In this document: positions 8,440 to 18,900 of the stretch, piece after piece | How positions within the stretch are numbered: the first letter of the stretch is position 1 | Layout: each line of letters opens with the position of its first letter | DNA from: an uncultured Clostridia bacterium | GTDB lineage: Bacteria; Bacillota; Clostridia; Christensenellales; Borkfalkiaceae | Direction: 5' to 3' | Assembly (NCBI GenBank): GCA_964483715.1 | Contig: CAZACR010000001.1 | Span: 1-42,330 of the forward strand | DNA: 42,330 bases | The notes under the pieces: model-generated | The model's input: the letters and a program-made list of their open reading frames with translations, nothing else | What the model was told of the DNA's origin: nothing | The model's database searches: none | Position numbers and translations under genes: made by a program

Positions 8440-11400
8440 TTATTTTTCTTCGTCTGTTGATGCTTCTTTGTTTTCGACTTCGCCGTCGGCATTAACTTCT
8501 GCATTGCTCTTCTTTCTCATTGTGGTGAGCACAATATAACATACAAGCGCAACCACAGCCACACCCGCTATAATATAGCCGATATAGAAGTTCTTCTGCC
8601 AGAACGACAAACCGTCGCCTTCTTCAGTTGCCGGAGTTACAGGCAGCTCACCTTTTAAATAAACGATAAGCCTTTCCGCTTGCACAAGCGTGGAGTAGTT
8701 GCTTACAAGCGCCTGCTGTTCGGTTGAAGGCAGAGCGTCATACGCCGTACGCGCCGCTACTACCGCATCCTCGTCAGACAATTTAATATTCTCAGGCAAT
8801 GCGTCTATTAAAGCTATAACGTTAATCGTTGCCGACGTCGCAGCATTGGAGCCCTGCACAACCGTATCGAAATACTGCGAGAATATAAACGTGTCATATC
8901 CCTGTCCGTTAGCGGGCTTAACCATTACGAGGTTGCTGTCTATATGTCCGATATAATCGACGAAGTTTGCACCGAAGTAGAAGTTGTTGGGGCTGGAAGT
9001 TATATTCCACATATAATATTTGGAAATGCCCAAGCCTTCGTATGTCGTAGTTCCGCCGTTGCCGTCGCTGGTTACAAGATAACCTGCAAACGGTAAATTC
9101 AGATAAGAGACGTAGCTGCTGCTGTACTCTTCTTCGAGTGCGGGAGCGTCGTAGCTCTTGAATACAACCGTCGTTAAATAATTACAGCCGTAGAAAGCTT
9201 TATCGCCGAGCGACTTTAATGTGTAAGGAAGCGTTACCGTTTTCAGCGAGCTGTCGCAAAGCGCTCTTGCCGATATTCTTACGGTTCCCTCTTCCACTAC
9301 GTAATCCGTACGGTCGCTTAATACGGGGTAGCTGACGAGAACAAGTCCGTTAGGCACTTGCGAATACAGTACGCCGTCTATTACCTTAACGTTGTCGCTG
9401 ACTGAATAGTTTTCGACGAGATTATATCCTACCACCTTACCGCCGAATACGACTTCTTCGAGTTTTCCGAAGCTTGCTATTGCACAGCCGTAGAAAGGAT
9501 TTTCGCCCAGAGCAGCGAGTTTGCTGCCGAGCTTAAGACTCGTAATAGCCGATTGAGCAAACGCAAAGTCGCCGATATATTCCGCCGCCGAAAGGTCTGC
9601 CGACGTTAAAGCAGTTCCTATAAACGCGAAGGCACCTATTTCAACCGCTTTATCGAGATTGCCTACTTCGGTAAGGTCGTAGCAATAACCGAACGCGTTA
9701 GCGCCTATTACTGCCCCCTCCTTTAAGTTTACCACGGAAATGGCGGTGTTGGCAAGCGCTGCCGCGCCCAAAGTTTCGACGTTTGCCAAATTTATGGTAT
9801 TAAGCGCCGAACCGCCGAACGCATAAGCTCCTACCGAACTTACTTTTTCGGGAAGAGTTATCGATTTAAGCTGCTCCGTCATATAGAACGCGTAAGCGGG
9901 TATTTCGGTTATACCGTTACCCAAAGTTACGCTTGAAAGCTTAGAGTTGAACGCGAACGCCCCGAGACCTAAGGAGCTTGCCGCCGAGAGGTCTACGCTC
10001 TCTATCTGAGGAGCGTTTACGGAATAAACGTAATCTACGATATAACGTTCGCCGCCTTCTCCGTTTTCGTTCTCGATATAGGTAAATTCGTAAGCATACA
10101 TCCAGCCGTTAGCCGTACTCCAGTACGCTCTAGTTCTGTTACCTGTAAACGCTTCGTCGCCGACGCTCTTGACTTTGGAAAGGTCGATAGCAGTTATGCC
10201 TACGCAGTCGTAGAACGCAGCCGCACCGATAACGGCGTCTTCGCCCAGGGTTACGTTACCGAGTCTGGGGTTGAACGCAAACGACTGGTCGCCGATAGTT
10301 ACGTTATTACCTATCGAAAGCGTCGTTAATTTGGATAAGCACATATCCGCAGTATTATAACGGTAGTACCTGTAAGTTTCGGGTTCGCCGTTTACGCCCA
10401 CGCTTTCATAATTGAAAGGAGTGTAATATCTTGAGAACCAGTTGTTAACGCCTTCTGCTGACGTAGCCGTGCAATTTTCAAACGTATACGAATAGTTGAC
10501 GTAGTTTGCAAATGCAAGATTGCCGATTTTTACGTTGTTACCTATCGTCACGCTTTGCAGGTTGTCGCAGTTCCTGAACGCCGCAACGCCCACTTCCGCA
10601 CCGTCGGGAATTACCACTTGCGCAATTTTCGAAAATGCGAACGCAGCGTCGCCTATATATTTTATTTTTGAAAGGTCGGGAGGTGTCTGATTAAGACTTG
10701 TCGCGAAGAACGCGTAATCGCCTATCTCCTCCACCTTAGGCATATTCACTGTGTGAAGGTTTTCGCAGTATGCAAAAGCCCTAGCGCCGACAGAAACAAC
10801 ATTAGGTGCGTTTACAACGAATATCCTCTTGTTTGAAGCGAACGCGCCGGCAGCTATGGAGGTTGCGTCCGTGTTCAACACGTTGGTCGCATATGCGGGA
10901 GCAATAAGAACAAGTTCGTCTCCGTTATATACGAGAGTGCCGTTTTCCTTTGCTGTTAAAACAGTATTTTTTGCGTCTATTCTGAAAGAAGATACGTTAG
11001 TTCCCGCAAATGCAAATTCGCCGATAACCGCTACGTCTTTACCGAGAGTTACTCTCGTAAGAGCTTCGCAACCGTTGAACGCATAAGAGGAGATAACAGC
11101 TGCGTTTACGTTTACGGAAATGAGTTTCGTACATTCTGCAAAAGCATACGAACCAATCTTGATTTTCGCCGCTTTGAATTCTACGCTGTTAAGATACTCG
11201 TTTTTGTAGAATGCACCGATACCGAGCGTCTGCGAAGATTCGGGAAGCACCAGGCTGGAGATCTTGCAGTTTTCAAAAGCGTAATTGCCGATTGCAACAA
11301 CCGAATTCAGATTAACCTGATTCAAAGCACAATTCGAAAACGCTCTTTCGTTAATGAATTTTACGTAATTAAGGTTTATCGTGGTCAGGTTTTCACAATC

Positions 11401-14400
11401 TTTGAACGCGCCCACGCCTATCTTTTTAAGCGTAGAGGGAAGAACTACTTCTTTAAGCGCCGTAAGCTTTGCAAACGCGTAAGCTTCTATCGTTTCCACG
11501 CCTTCGGGGATAACGATTTTGGTTATCGTGTCTTCACCGATGGGCGCCTGTTTGATATAGTAAGGGTCTTCTTCGTCGATTATATCGCCTGCCGCCAAAT
11601 CCTTTTCAACGAACTCGTAATTCGAGAACGCATAGGATTGAATTGTCGTTACGCCTCTGTCGTCGGGAATAATAACTTCACCGCCGAGTCCCTTATACGA
11701 CATAAGATAAATCGAGTTTGTAGTATACGGGTCTTTTACGCTGATTGATACGCGTCCCGAATAAAGCGTATTCTTACCGTCGAACGCTACGTTTACGGAT
11801 ATAATGGTGTTACCTTCCGCCTGGGCAACTATAGTACCGTTTTCGTCAACAGTAGCTATCCTTTCGTTGCCCGAACGGTACGAAACCGTAGTTCTGTCGG
11901 GGAAATAGGAATCGAGAGCGTACTGCAACGTTACGCTTTCTGAAGGGAACATCGAAAGGCTGTACGTATTACCGAAATCGTAAGTGCCGCCCGTAATACC
12001 GATCTCCCTCTCCTCGCTCGAAGTTGCGTAATATGCTTTTTCCGTCTTGTAGCCGGTGAGCGTAAACTTATTGACTTCGGGTATTGACAGATTGCCGTTA
12101 TAACCTTCGTCGCCTTCTCCGCGCACTTTTACGCTCAACTGAGCCGTTACTTCCTTGCCGTCTTTATCGTAACCCGTTACGGTTATAACCGCGGTACCGC
12201 TCGATTTTGCGATAAGCGTCTGGTTTGCTACGCCGACAATGTTCTCGTCGGAAGAGGTTATGTCAAGAATCTGCTTCCAGCTGTCGGCGGGATATATATT
12301 CAGGCTTTCGGTAATAAGGAGTGTTTCGTTCGGATTGAGTTGAACCTCTTCCTGCTCGAAGAAAAGCGAAAGCACTTCGTCGGGAAGCCTTATTTCATAG
12401 GTTGCAGAGTTCATTGCATAGTCGTAAACCGACGCAATAAAGCTGTTATTATTAGTATTAATAGATACCGAACCGTCTTCGCCGTAAGAGAAACCTGCCG
12501 ACTGCTTTATCTGATTGATATAATCGGTAAGTTCGACCGTTACTTTGGAAGTGGAATTGAACGACGAATATACGGGGGTTATATACTTTCCGAACGAATG
12601 CATTGTGAACGCGTATTCGGAGCCCGGTTCTGATTCGGTTATCTGACCGAACGACACACCCATCGAATAGTGGTTGTCATAGATGGACAAGTCCGCATAC
12701 AAATGAGTTTGTCTGCTCGTTCTGTCATACTCAGAGCGGAACTCTACGTCCGTTACTATGGGCGCTTCGAAGTCGATAAACAGGGGGAACGTGAACGTAT
12801 TGCGCACGTTTTTCTGGTCGACGTATTTTTCGCTCTGTTCGTCGTATGTGCCGTAGTCGATGTAAGCTTCCACGGTTACGGTATACTTGGTATTGTTTTT
12901 GAGGTTGTTCTCAAGCGCACCGAACTCTACGTCTATGGAAGAACCGTAAATCGTATTACCGCTGCTGCGCGATTTAAGCTGGTTCCATTCCGTTCTCGTG
13001 AAAATACAATTACCCGTAGAATCTTCTACGATTGAGATATCGATTTTTTTAGCATTTCTGAGCAAACCTGCTGTTATGCTTCTTATCGAGTTAATCGCCG
13101 AATTGTTGTCGTCCTGCAAATTGGAAATTGCGATATGGTCTTTGCTTGCCGCAATCGGAGTCGACGCAGGATTCTGAACGAAATAGTATGTGCCGAGCGT
13201 TGCGATATAGTCGCTGTACAATCCGCCGATTACACGGGTTGCATAAGCGTCCGCCATAAGCTTGTCTTCGTCGTCCAGACCTTTATCGAGTTCGTCCACA
13301 TTCGTATCGTAGTATTCTTCGTCGAATATAGGAGCTTCCGTCCAATCGCCGTAGAATGCAAGCATGGGAACGCTAATATCAACCGTCGTACCCTGCGTTG
13401 CCTTTAACGTGATAAAGCCTTCTACGTACATACCGTATTTGAACGATTCGTCCATGAACTTTTTATCCGCATCGGAAAGGGCTATCTTTACGCTTACTCT
13501 CGCGCTTTCGCCGGCCGCCACGGTAACCGAATTACCGCTTGCCGTACGTCCGTTGACAGCCGTAACCGTAGTCGTGGGATTGAGCAGTCTGCCTTCCATC
13601 GTTACGGTAGTATCACCGTGGCTCGTATAAGTCGGGCTGACGCCTTCCGTTTGTATTATGCTGCCGATATCGTACGTGACCGAAGACGAACTTACGTTGT
13701 TTACTGCAAAAGTCATTTCGTAAACGCCTGTTCTGTCCTTATCGTCGCCCAGTTCGAGCTTTGATTTGTTCATCTCGTTGCCGTCTGCATCGAAAGTCGA
13801 AATATAGGCAGCCGTAGTTGTCGATTTTGTAATGTTGATAAGTCCCGCGCCCTGCTTTCTTACAGCATACGGCAAACCGTTCTTGTTATAAACGATATCC
13901 GCCGTGGACATCATAAGCTGGTTTACCCTGGTTGTAACGGTTACGGGGTCGAGGTCGTTACCGAATGTTCCGCTGTACTTGACGTACTGGCGGATAAGCG
14001 TCGCCGCACCCGCAAGGTTGGGAGCAGCCATCGAAGTACCCGATAATCTGTCGTAATCCTGTCCGGGAACTGCGGATAAAATTTCGCCGCCGTGCGCCGT
14101 AATTTCGGGTTTAATCTTCAGATCCGAGGTAGGACCCCAGGAAGAGAAGTCGGACATGAAAGGTCCTGCCGTCTGGCTTCTGCTTATTTTAAGAACGCCC
14201 GTACCTGCCGCCGCGAGCTTCTCGCCCTCGTCCTGAGAGATAGAGCACACCGCACCGATATCCTTGCCGACCGACATAGATATAGTACCTGAAACGTTGT
14301 TGTAAATAATTATGCCGGCAGCGCCCTTGATATTGAGTGCGACTCTTACCTTGTCTTCGAACGTAGTCGTTCCGCGCTTTACAAGGACGATTTTATCTTT

Positions 14401-15867
14401 ATAGAAATCGTTCGTTTCAAGGTAGTCGGATTCACGTCCGATACCGGGAATCGTTACGTAAGTGAATTCGTAACTGTCAACACCTCCCACAGTGGAGAGT
14501 ATGTCATCCATGAAAGATTTCTTTTTCGCCGAAGACGTCGAAGCCTCGGTGAAGTAGATTATATCGTTATTGTATAAAAGATAGGGCGTTTTAACACCGT
14601 CTACGGAAGCAACGGAAAGCGAACCTTCGTATGTTGAAGGCGAGCCGACAGTACCCGAATCGGGATTGGAAGTCAAGCCGTTGCTGCCGTTTTTATCCGA
14701 GCCGAAAGTCGCGTTATAGTCGTTGGAAGCCGCAGTAATCAGCGATATACCCGCTTCGCGGATACTGTCGTAAATATCGTTTACATTCTGCTTATCTACT
14801 TCTCTCGTAAAGCCGCAGGAAGTTCCGAGCGACATATTTATAATGTCGACGCCGAGAATAACGCAGTCCTCGAGAGCCGCCATTATCCATGAAGTCTTAG
14901 CTCCGTCCTGAGAGTCGGAGAAAACCTTCATTATTGCGAGCTGTGCGTTGGGCGCAACGCCCGTAATCGTGTCGTCTTTGCCCGCGATAATGCCCGCAAC
15001 GTGCGTACCGTGCTCCGAATTTATAGGAGCAACGTCCACGTCCTTGTCGGCATAGTCGTATGCGTAAGGCACTTTTTTATTCAAATAAACGTCCTCGCCA
15101 GTAAGATTGGACGTAAATCTGCTTGCCGCAGTTTTGCCGACTTTTTCGGAAACGTTCTGCAAGGTAAACGCTTCCTGTGTAGTAGTGAAGTTTTCAACGC
15201 TGAACGCGCTGTGCGTGTAGTCAAGACCGGTATCGAGAACCGCAACGACAACGCCGTCGCCCTGATATTCGGAAGACGAGCTGTCGAATATACCAGTTTC
15301 GTAAACGTCGACGTCGTTCGTAACAATCTCGGTTGCCGCCTTTTCATAAACGTCGCCGACAATCAGCGTAGCGTCCGACGATAACAAGCTGTTCACCCTG
15401 TCAAAGTCCCTGGCTTTCAGCGTTATTTCAAAACCGCTGATAATCGTGTCGTACTCTTCGCCGACGGTGAAATTCACGCCCGACTTTTCAAGTTTATTTA
15501 TAAGCTTTACGCGTTCCGCAGCTACGTTATCCGCTATAACCTGCGCCTCGTCCGTGTTGGCAAATTCGGAAATTGTCTGATTCGCTTTCGAAACGGAATA
15601 TGCGTCCATTACCGATTGCGTACTCATAGTTACTATAACCGAAACTTCGTCGTTATCCGCTACCGTTTCGGGAAGCTTGTAAACAACTTCGCTATTAAAG
15701 TACTTGTCAACGTCCGACTTGATAGAGTTATCCACTCTGCTGATGGTATTGGCATAAGTCGTTTTGCCGTCGTCACCTTTAAACGCGTACGCAACCGCGC
15801 TTGATGCCAGACACGCCGCAGACAAAACCGCAAGCACGCTAACTGCTGATTTTCTTATCTTCGTCAT
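8440..15867 (-). CDS. Cell-envelope subtilisin-like serine protease (peptidase S8 with PA insert), fused to Big_2-like domains, a BspA-type LRR array and a C-terminal transmembrane anchor
   Basis: 2,475-aa ORF. Signal peptide ends AYA/FK. I9-like propeptide region. Catalytic triad motifs VAVLDTGLDYTH (D212), HGTHVAGIIAG (H286), SGTSMAAPNLAGAATL (S612). PA-like insert IVLVKRGTTTFEDKVRVALNIKGAAGIIIYNN sits between His and Ser. LAFYGDW segment resembles lactocepin/C5a-peptidase Fn3 regions. Two Big_2-like segments (ITSSDENIVGVANQTLIAKSSGTAVITV; RSGNERIATVDENGTIVAQAEGNTIISV). C-terminal helix FYIGYIIAGVAVVALVCYIVLTT is followed by MRKK. Confidence 0.92.
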   Translation of the reverse strand: MTKIRKSAVSVLAVLSAACLASSAVAYAFKGDDGKTTYANTISRVDNSIKSDVDKYFNSEVVYKLPETVADNDEVSVIVTMSTQSVMDAYSVSKANQTISEFANTDEAQVIADNVAAERVKLINKLEKSGVNFTVGEEYDTIISGFEITLKARDFDRVNSLLSSDATLIVGDVYEKAATEIVTNDVDVYETGIFDSSSSEYQGDGVVVAVLDTGLDYTHSAFSVENFTTTQEAFTLQNVSEKVGKTAASRFTSNLTGEDVYLNKKVPYAYDYADKDVDVAPINSEHGTHVAGIIAGKDDTITGVAPNAQLAIMKVFSDSQDGAKTSWIMAALEDCVILGVDIINMSLGTSCGFTREVDKQNVNDIYDSIREAGISLITAASNDYNATFGSDKNGSNGLTSNPDSGTVGSPSTYEGSLSVASVDGVKTPYLLYNNDIIYFTEASTSSAKKKSFMDDILSTVGGVDSYEFTYVTIPGIGRESDYLETNDFYKDKIVLVKRGTTTFEDKVRVALNIKGAAGIIIYNNVSGTISMSVGKDIGAVCSISQDEGEKLAAAGTGVLKISRSQTAGPFMSDFSSWGPTSDLKIKPEITAHGGEILSAVPGQDYDRLSGTSMAAPNLAGAATLIRQYVKYSGTFGNDLDPVTVTTRVNQLMMSTADIVYNKNGLPYAVRKQGAGLINITKSTTTAAYISTFDADGNEMNKSKLELGDDKDRTGVYEMTFAVNNVSSSSVTYDIGSIIQTEGVSPTYTSHGDTTVTMEGRLLNPTTTVTAVNGRTASGNSVTVAAGESARVSVKIALSDADKKFMDESFKYGMYVEGFITLKATQGTTVDISVPMLAFYGDWTEAPIFDEEYYDTNVDELDKGLDDEDKLMADAYATRVIGGLYSDYIATLGTYYFVQNPASTPIAASKDHIAISNLQDDNNSAINSIRSITAGLLRNAKKIDISIVEDSTGNCIFTRTEWNQLKSRSSGNTIYGSSIDVEFGALENNLKNNTKYTVTVEAYIDYGTYDEQSEKYVDQKNVRNTFTFPLFIDFEAPIVTDVEFRSEYDRTSRQTHLYADLSIYDNHYSMGVSFGQITESEPGSEYAFTMHSFGKYITPVYSSFNSTSKVTVELTDYINQIKQSAGFSYGEDGSVSINTNNNSFIASVYDYAMNSATYEIRLPDEVLSLFFEQEEVQLNPNETLLITESLNIYPADSWKQILDITSSDENIVGVANQTLIAKSSGTAVITVTGYDKDGKEVTAQLSVKVRGEGDEGYNGNLSIPEVNKFTLTGYKTEKAYYATSSEEREIGITGGTYDFGNTYSLSMFPSESVTLQYALDSYFPDRTTVSYRSGNERIATVDENGTIVAQAEGNTIISVNVAFDGKNTLYSGRVSISVKDPYTTNSIYLMSYKGLGGEVIIPDDRGVTTIQSYAFSNYEFVEKDLAAGDIIDEEDPYYIKQAPIGEDTITKIVIPEGVETIEAYAFAKLTALKEVVLPSTLKKIGVGAFKDCENLTTINLNYVKFINERAFSNCALNQVNLNSVVAIGNYAFENCKISSLVLPESSQTLGIGAFYKNEYLNSVEFKAAKIKIGSYAFAECTKLISVNVNAAVISSYAFNGCEALTRVTLGKDVAVIGEFAFAGTNVSSFRIDAKNTVLTAKENGTLVYNGDELVLIAPAYATNVLNTDATSIAAGAFASNKRIFVVNAPNVVSVGARAFAYCENLHTVNMPKVEEIGDYAFFATSLNQTPPDLSKIKYIGDAAFAFSKIAQVVIPDGAEVGVAAFRNCDNLQSVTIGNNVKIGNLAFANYVNYSYTFENCTATSAEGVNNWFSRYYTPFNYESVGVNGEPETYRYYRYNTADMCLSKLTTLSIGNNVTIGDQSFAFNPRLGNVTLGEDAVIGAAAFYDCVGITAIDLSKVKSVGDEAFTGNRTRAYWSTANGWMYAYEFTYIENENGEGGERYIVDYVYSVNAPQIESVDLSAASSLGLGAFAFNSKLSSVTLGNGITEIPAYAFYMTEQLKSITLPEKVSSVGAYAFGGSALNTINLANVETLGAAALANTAISVVNLKEGAVIGANAFGYCYDLTEVGNLDKAVEIGAFAFIGTALTSADLSAAEYIGDFAFAQSAITSLKLGSKLAALGENPFYGCAIASFGKLEEVVFGGKVVGYNLVENYSVSDNVKVIDGVLYSQVPNGLVLVSYPVLSDRTDYVVEEGTVRISARALCDSSLKTVTLPYTLKSLGDKAFYGCNYLTTVVFKSYDAPALEEEYSSSYVSYLNLPFAGYLVTSDGNGGTTTYEGLGISKYYMWNITSSPNNFYFGANFVDYIGHIDSNLVMVKPANGQGYDTFIFSQYFDTVVQGSNAATSATINVIALIDALPENIKLSDEDAVVAARTAYDALPSTEQQALVSNYSTLVQAERLIVYLKGELPVTPATEEGDGLSFWQKNFYIGYIIAGVAVVALVCYIVLTTMRKKSNAEVNADGEVENKEASTDEEK
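9157..11715 (-). repeat. BspA-type leucine-rich-repeat (LRR_5-like) coding array inside the protease gene (about aa 1385-2237)
   Basis: Recurrent units of roughly 22-25 aa, such as IPEGVETIEAYAFAKLTALKEVVLPSTLKKIGVGAFKDCENLTTINL and NVVSVGARAFAYCENLHTVNMPKVEEIGDYAFF. Boundaries estimated by eye. Confidence 0.8.
13828..15285 (-). other. Region encoding the S8 catalytic domain with the PA-domain insertion (about aa 195-680 of the 2,475-aa protein)
   Basis: Coordinates derive from my residue count: D212 about 15232-15234, H286 about 15010-15012, S612 about 14032-14034. Boundaries are approximate. Confidence 0.8.
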
Positions 15868-15910
15868 AATTTATCCTTCTATTATAAACAATTAACTGTC
15901 TTAATTTTTA

Positions 15911-18900
15911 TTAAACGCTTTCTTCCACTGCCTGAACAACCGCCACGCCGTCCTCGATTTTAACCGTGAACGTACCCGCGTAAGTCAGAACCGTATATGT
16001 GCCGCTTTGTTCGTCGTAAGAGCTGGACCTTGCCAACAACGAGTAACCATTGAAGTAAATCAACACAACTTTGTTATCGCCGGAAATATCCACATACGTG
16101 CGCGTGTTTGCACCGTAAGTTGTGGTAACTTCGGTTTTGACCACGCTTGCCGAAACGTACGGGGTTACCTCGTTTTCACTGCTTCCCGGCTTTTCCGCAA
16201 ACGAAACTTTATAATATGTGGTGGCAGTGATGCGGTTATCTTCTACAGTTCTTGAAATGTAGTAAACCGCACCGTCCTCGTCGATTATTCCTGAAGTGAA
16301 CGGAACATCTTCACCGTTATACTTCAAACTTATCCTATACGGGTTGCCGGGGGTAGTTTGCGAATCGGTCATTATTATTCTTTCTACTTCAACCGTATAT
16401 CCGCCGTCGGCTTCAAGAGTTTGTACGCGGGTTAAAGCTATTATCTGATAGCCCGACATACTTTGCATTACCTGTTGAACGCCGAAACGCAACCTGTATG
16501 TATAACCGTCCTCCAAAACAACTTCCGTAGTATACGTGCGGTTAGCGTAAGTGTAAGGAGTTTTAACGAAATTGAAATGATTACCTTCCGAGTCCACGAC
16601 TCCCATTCTCTCGCCGAATTCGGTAAGAATATAGGTTTCGCCTATGATATCGCAATTCACGTCATAATCCGCACCGATTGTTATAGTGCCCAAAACGTCC
16701 TGCAAATTTGCCGCATAATTGCTGCCCGTCAGCATATCCATAATCAGAGCGTACATATAGCTGTTTAAATACATCACCGACTGATATTGGTTGACCGCAC
16801 GGCAAGAAGTTATTTTATAAGTGTTAAGAATTGTGCCGTCTTCCGCAGCTCCGTTGTACTCTATTTCTATGTCGTAACGCATTACGCCGACGTTTAAACG
16901 AACGGTTAAATAGGTTTCTATAACGCCGTTCTTTTCTTCGCGGATAACGTTGCACGCTACGGGCTTGCCGTCTATCGTCACGGTGCCGCTGTTATTGAAC
17001 GAACTGCCGCCCGAAGGGGTAAAATTAAGGTTTTCCAACGCCGCTTTAACGGGAACCTGAACAGGGTCCTTTACGGGATTTCCGTTTTTATCCAAAACGG
17101 GGTTGCCGTTCGCATCAAGACGCGTTTCGTAAACTATGTTGCCGTATTCGTCCTTTTTATCTTCGTAACGCAAGATTATAGGATAGTTGTTTGCTTCGTT
17201 ACCCGCTTCGCCGCGCTTGAATTTCAGCTCAAATCCGTCGTTGGCGATATAATCTTTGCCAAGATAAGTTTTGTTATCGGTAAATTTGCCGAAATCTTCT
17301 ACAATAAAGCCGTATTCGTTTACAGTATCTTTTTCTTTGCCGGGACGGTAAATAATTATGTTGCCGTCTTCCGATTCCTGATAGTAATATCTGGACGCGC
17401 CGTTTACTACAACGAAACCGTACTGGGTAAAGCTGAGCGCTTCCAAATCCTTGGTGTAATAGCTTTTGCCTGTCAAATCCTTTATTTTCTCAACAGTCTT
17501 ATTCTGGGTATCGTAGATATAGGTGCCGGCACCTTCTTCCGAGCTACCCGCAAAATAGAGCATATTGTTTGTTACAAGGGTATAGCTTCCTCTCTCCCTT
17601 TCACCCTGCGCGTTATATCTTATAACGCCGCCGATTTTGTCGAGAATAAATACAGAATGGTCTTCACTGTTAACGTAAGTATGCTCAACTTCTTCGTGGA
17701 TAATAACGAGTACTGGTATGGTTGAGCTTCCGCTTGAAACATATCTGCGGGCGCCTACCAAAGTCTTGCCGTCACCATAGGTGATGGAAATTAAATCACT
17801 GCTGCCGATAATCTCGTAAGTAGCGTCATCTGCCAGCAACTTGAAGCCGTCCGGCTCGTCTTCGTCGATTTGACGGATTTCCGCATGTCCCTTTCCGTCT
17901 AAGAATACGATTTTTCCGTCAGAGTATCCGTTGTTGAGTACGACGTAATTGGAATACTCTTCACCGCGCAAATAGAAAGATCTGCCGCCTTCTATATCGA
18001 AGTAACGAATCTGACCTTCTATAGCCATAGCGAGTAAATTTTCGCCGGCTATCATATGAACGCCGCTGAAGTTGTTGCCCTCCTCGTCTGTGTATACAGC
18101 CTGGAAAGTGAAGCCGTCGAGTTCGAGAATGCCTTTGCCGGTATAAGTACCGTAATATTCCGTATTCCTCTTTGCAAAGAATTGCGCTGACGACGTGGAT
18201 ATCCGAATGAATTCGAAAGTCATACTGCCGTCTGATGCCGTGAAAGTGAATATATAATTACCGAACGAAGTTTCGCCGCTCCTTACATAAGTACCGACGA
18301 CGGATTTGAGTTCCGTACCCTCCATAAAGTTATAGGTTACACCGTTCTCCGTTCCGTCGAAATACAAATAATAGTTTTGGTCGGTATTGCCGTTTGCCTG
18401 GTTTTCGTATGCTGTGGAAGGCGCACTTACCAATTCCTCAAATGTTTTCGAAGAAGAATTCAGTCTGACGTAAACGGGGTTGGAAGCCGATATCGTGGTT
18501 ACTCCGTTAGAAGCCGTGGAGTAGCTACCTACCGAAACGACGCCACTCTTTGTGAATATCGCGTATCCCGCAACAAATTCTATTTTCGCACCGCTGTCGC
18601 TGGTATATACCGTAGTTAAATCGACTTTTTCGTCCTCGGTCTTTTCCACCCAGAAGTTTACAGGATAATTTCCGCTGTTTTCACTGCGGTAACCCGTTAA
18701 GAACTTGAACGATTTGAGTGCAACGACGTCGAAAGGAATTATTTCCGCTTCGTCTATTTCAAAATGTTCGGTCTTGGTGAAAACCATATAGCCGTCGCTT
18801 GACTGCTCGCAAGTGCCGTTCGCGATGAGTTTAATCGCACCGGTCTGCGTCCTTTGATAGAGAGACGCCTTGCCTGCGGCACCGTCGTTGAGAGCTAAAA

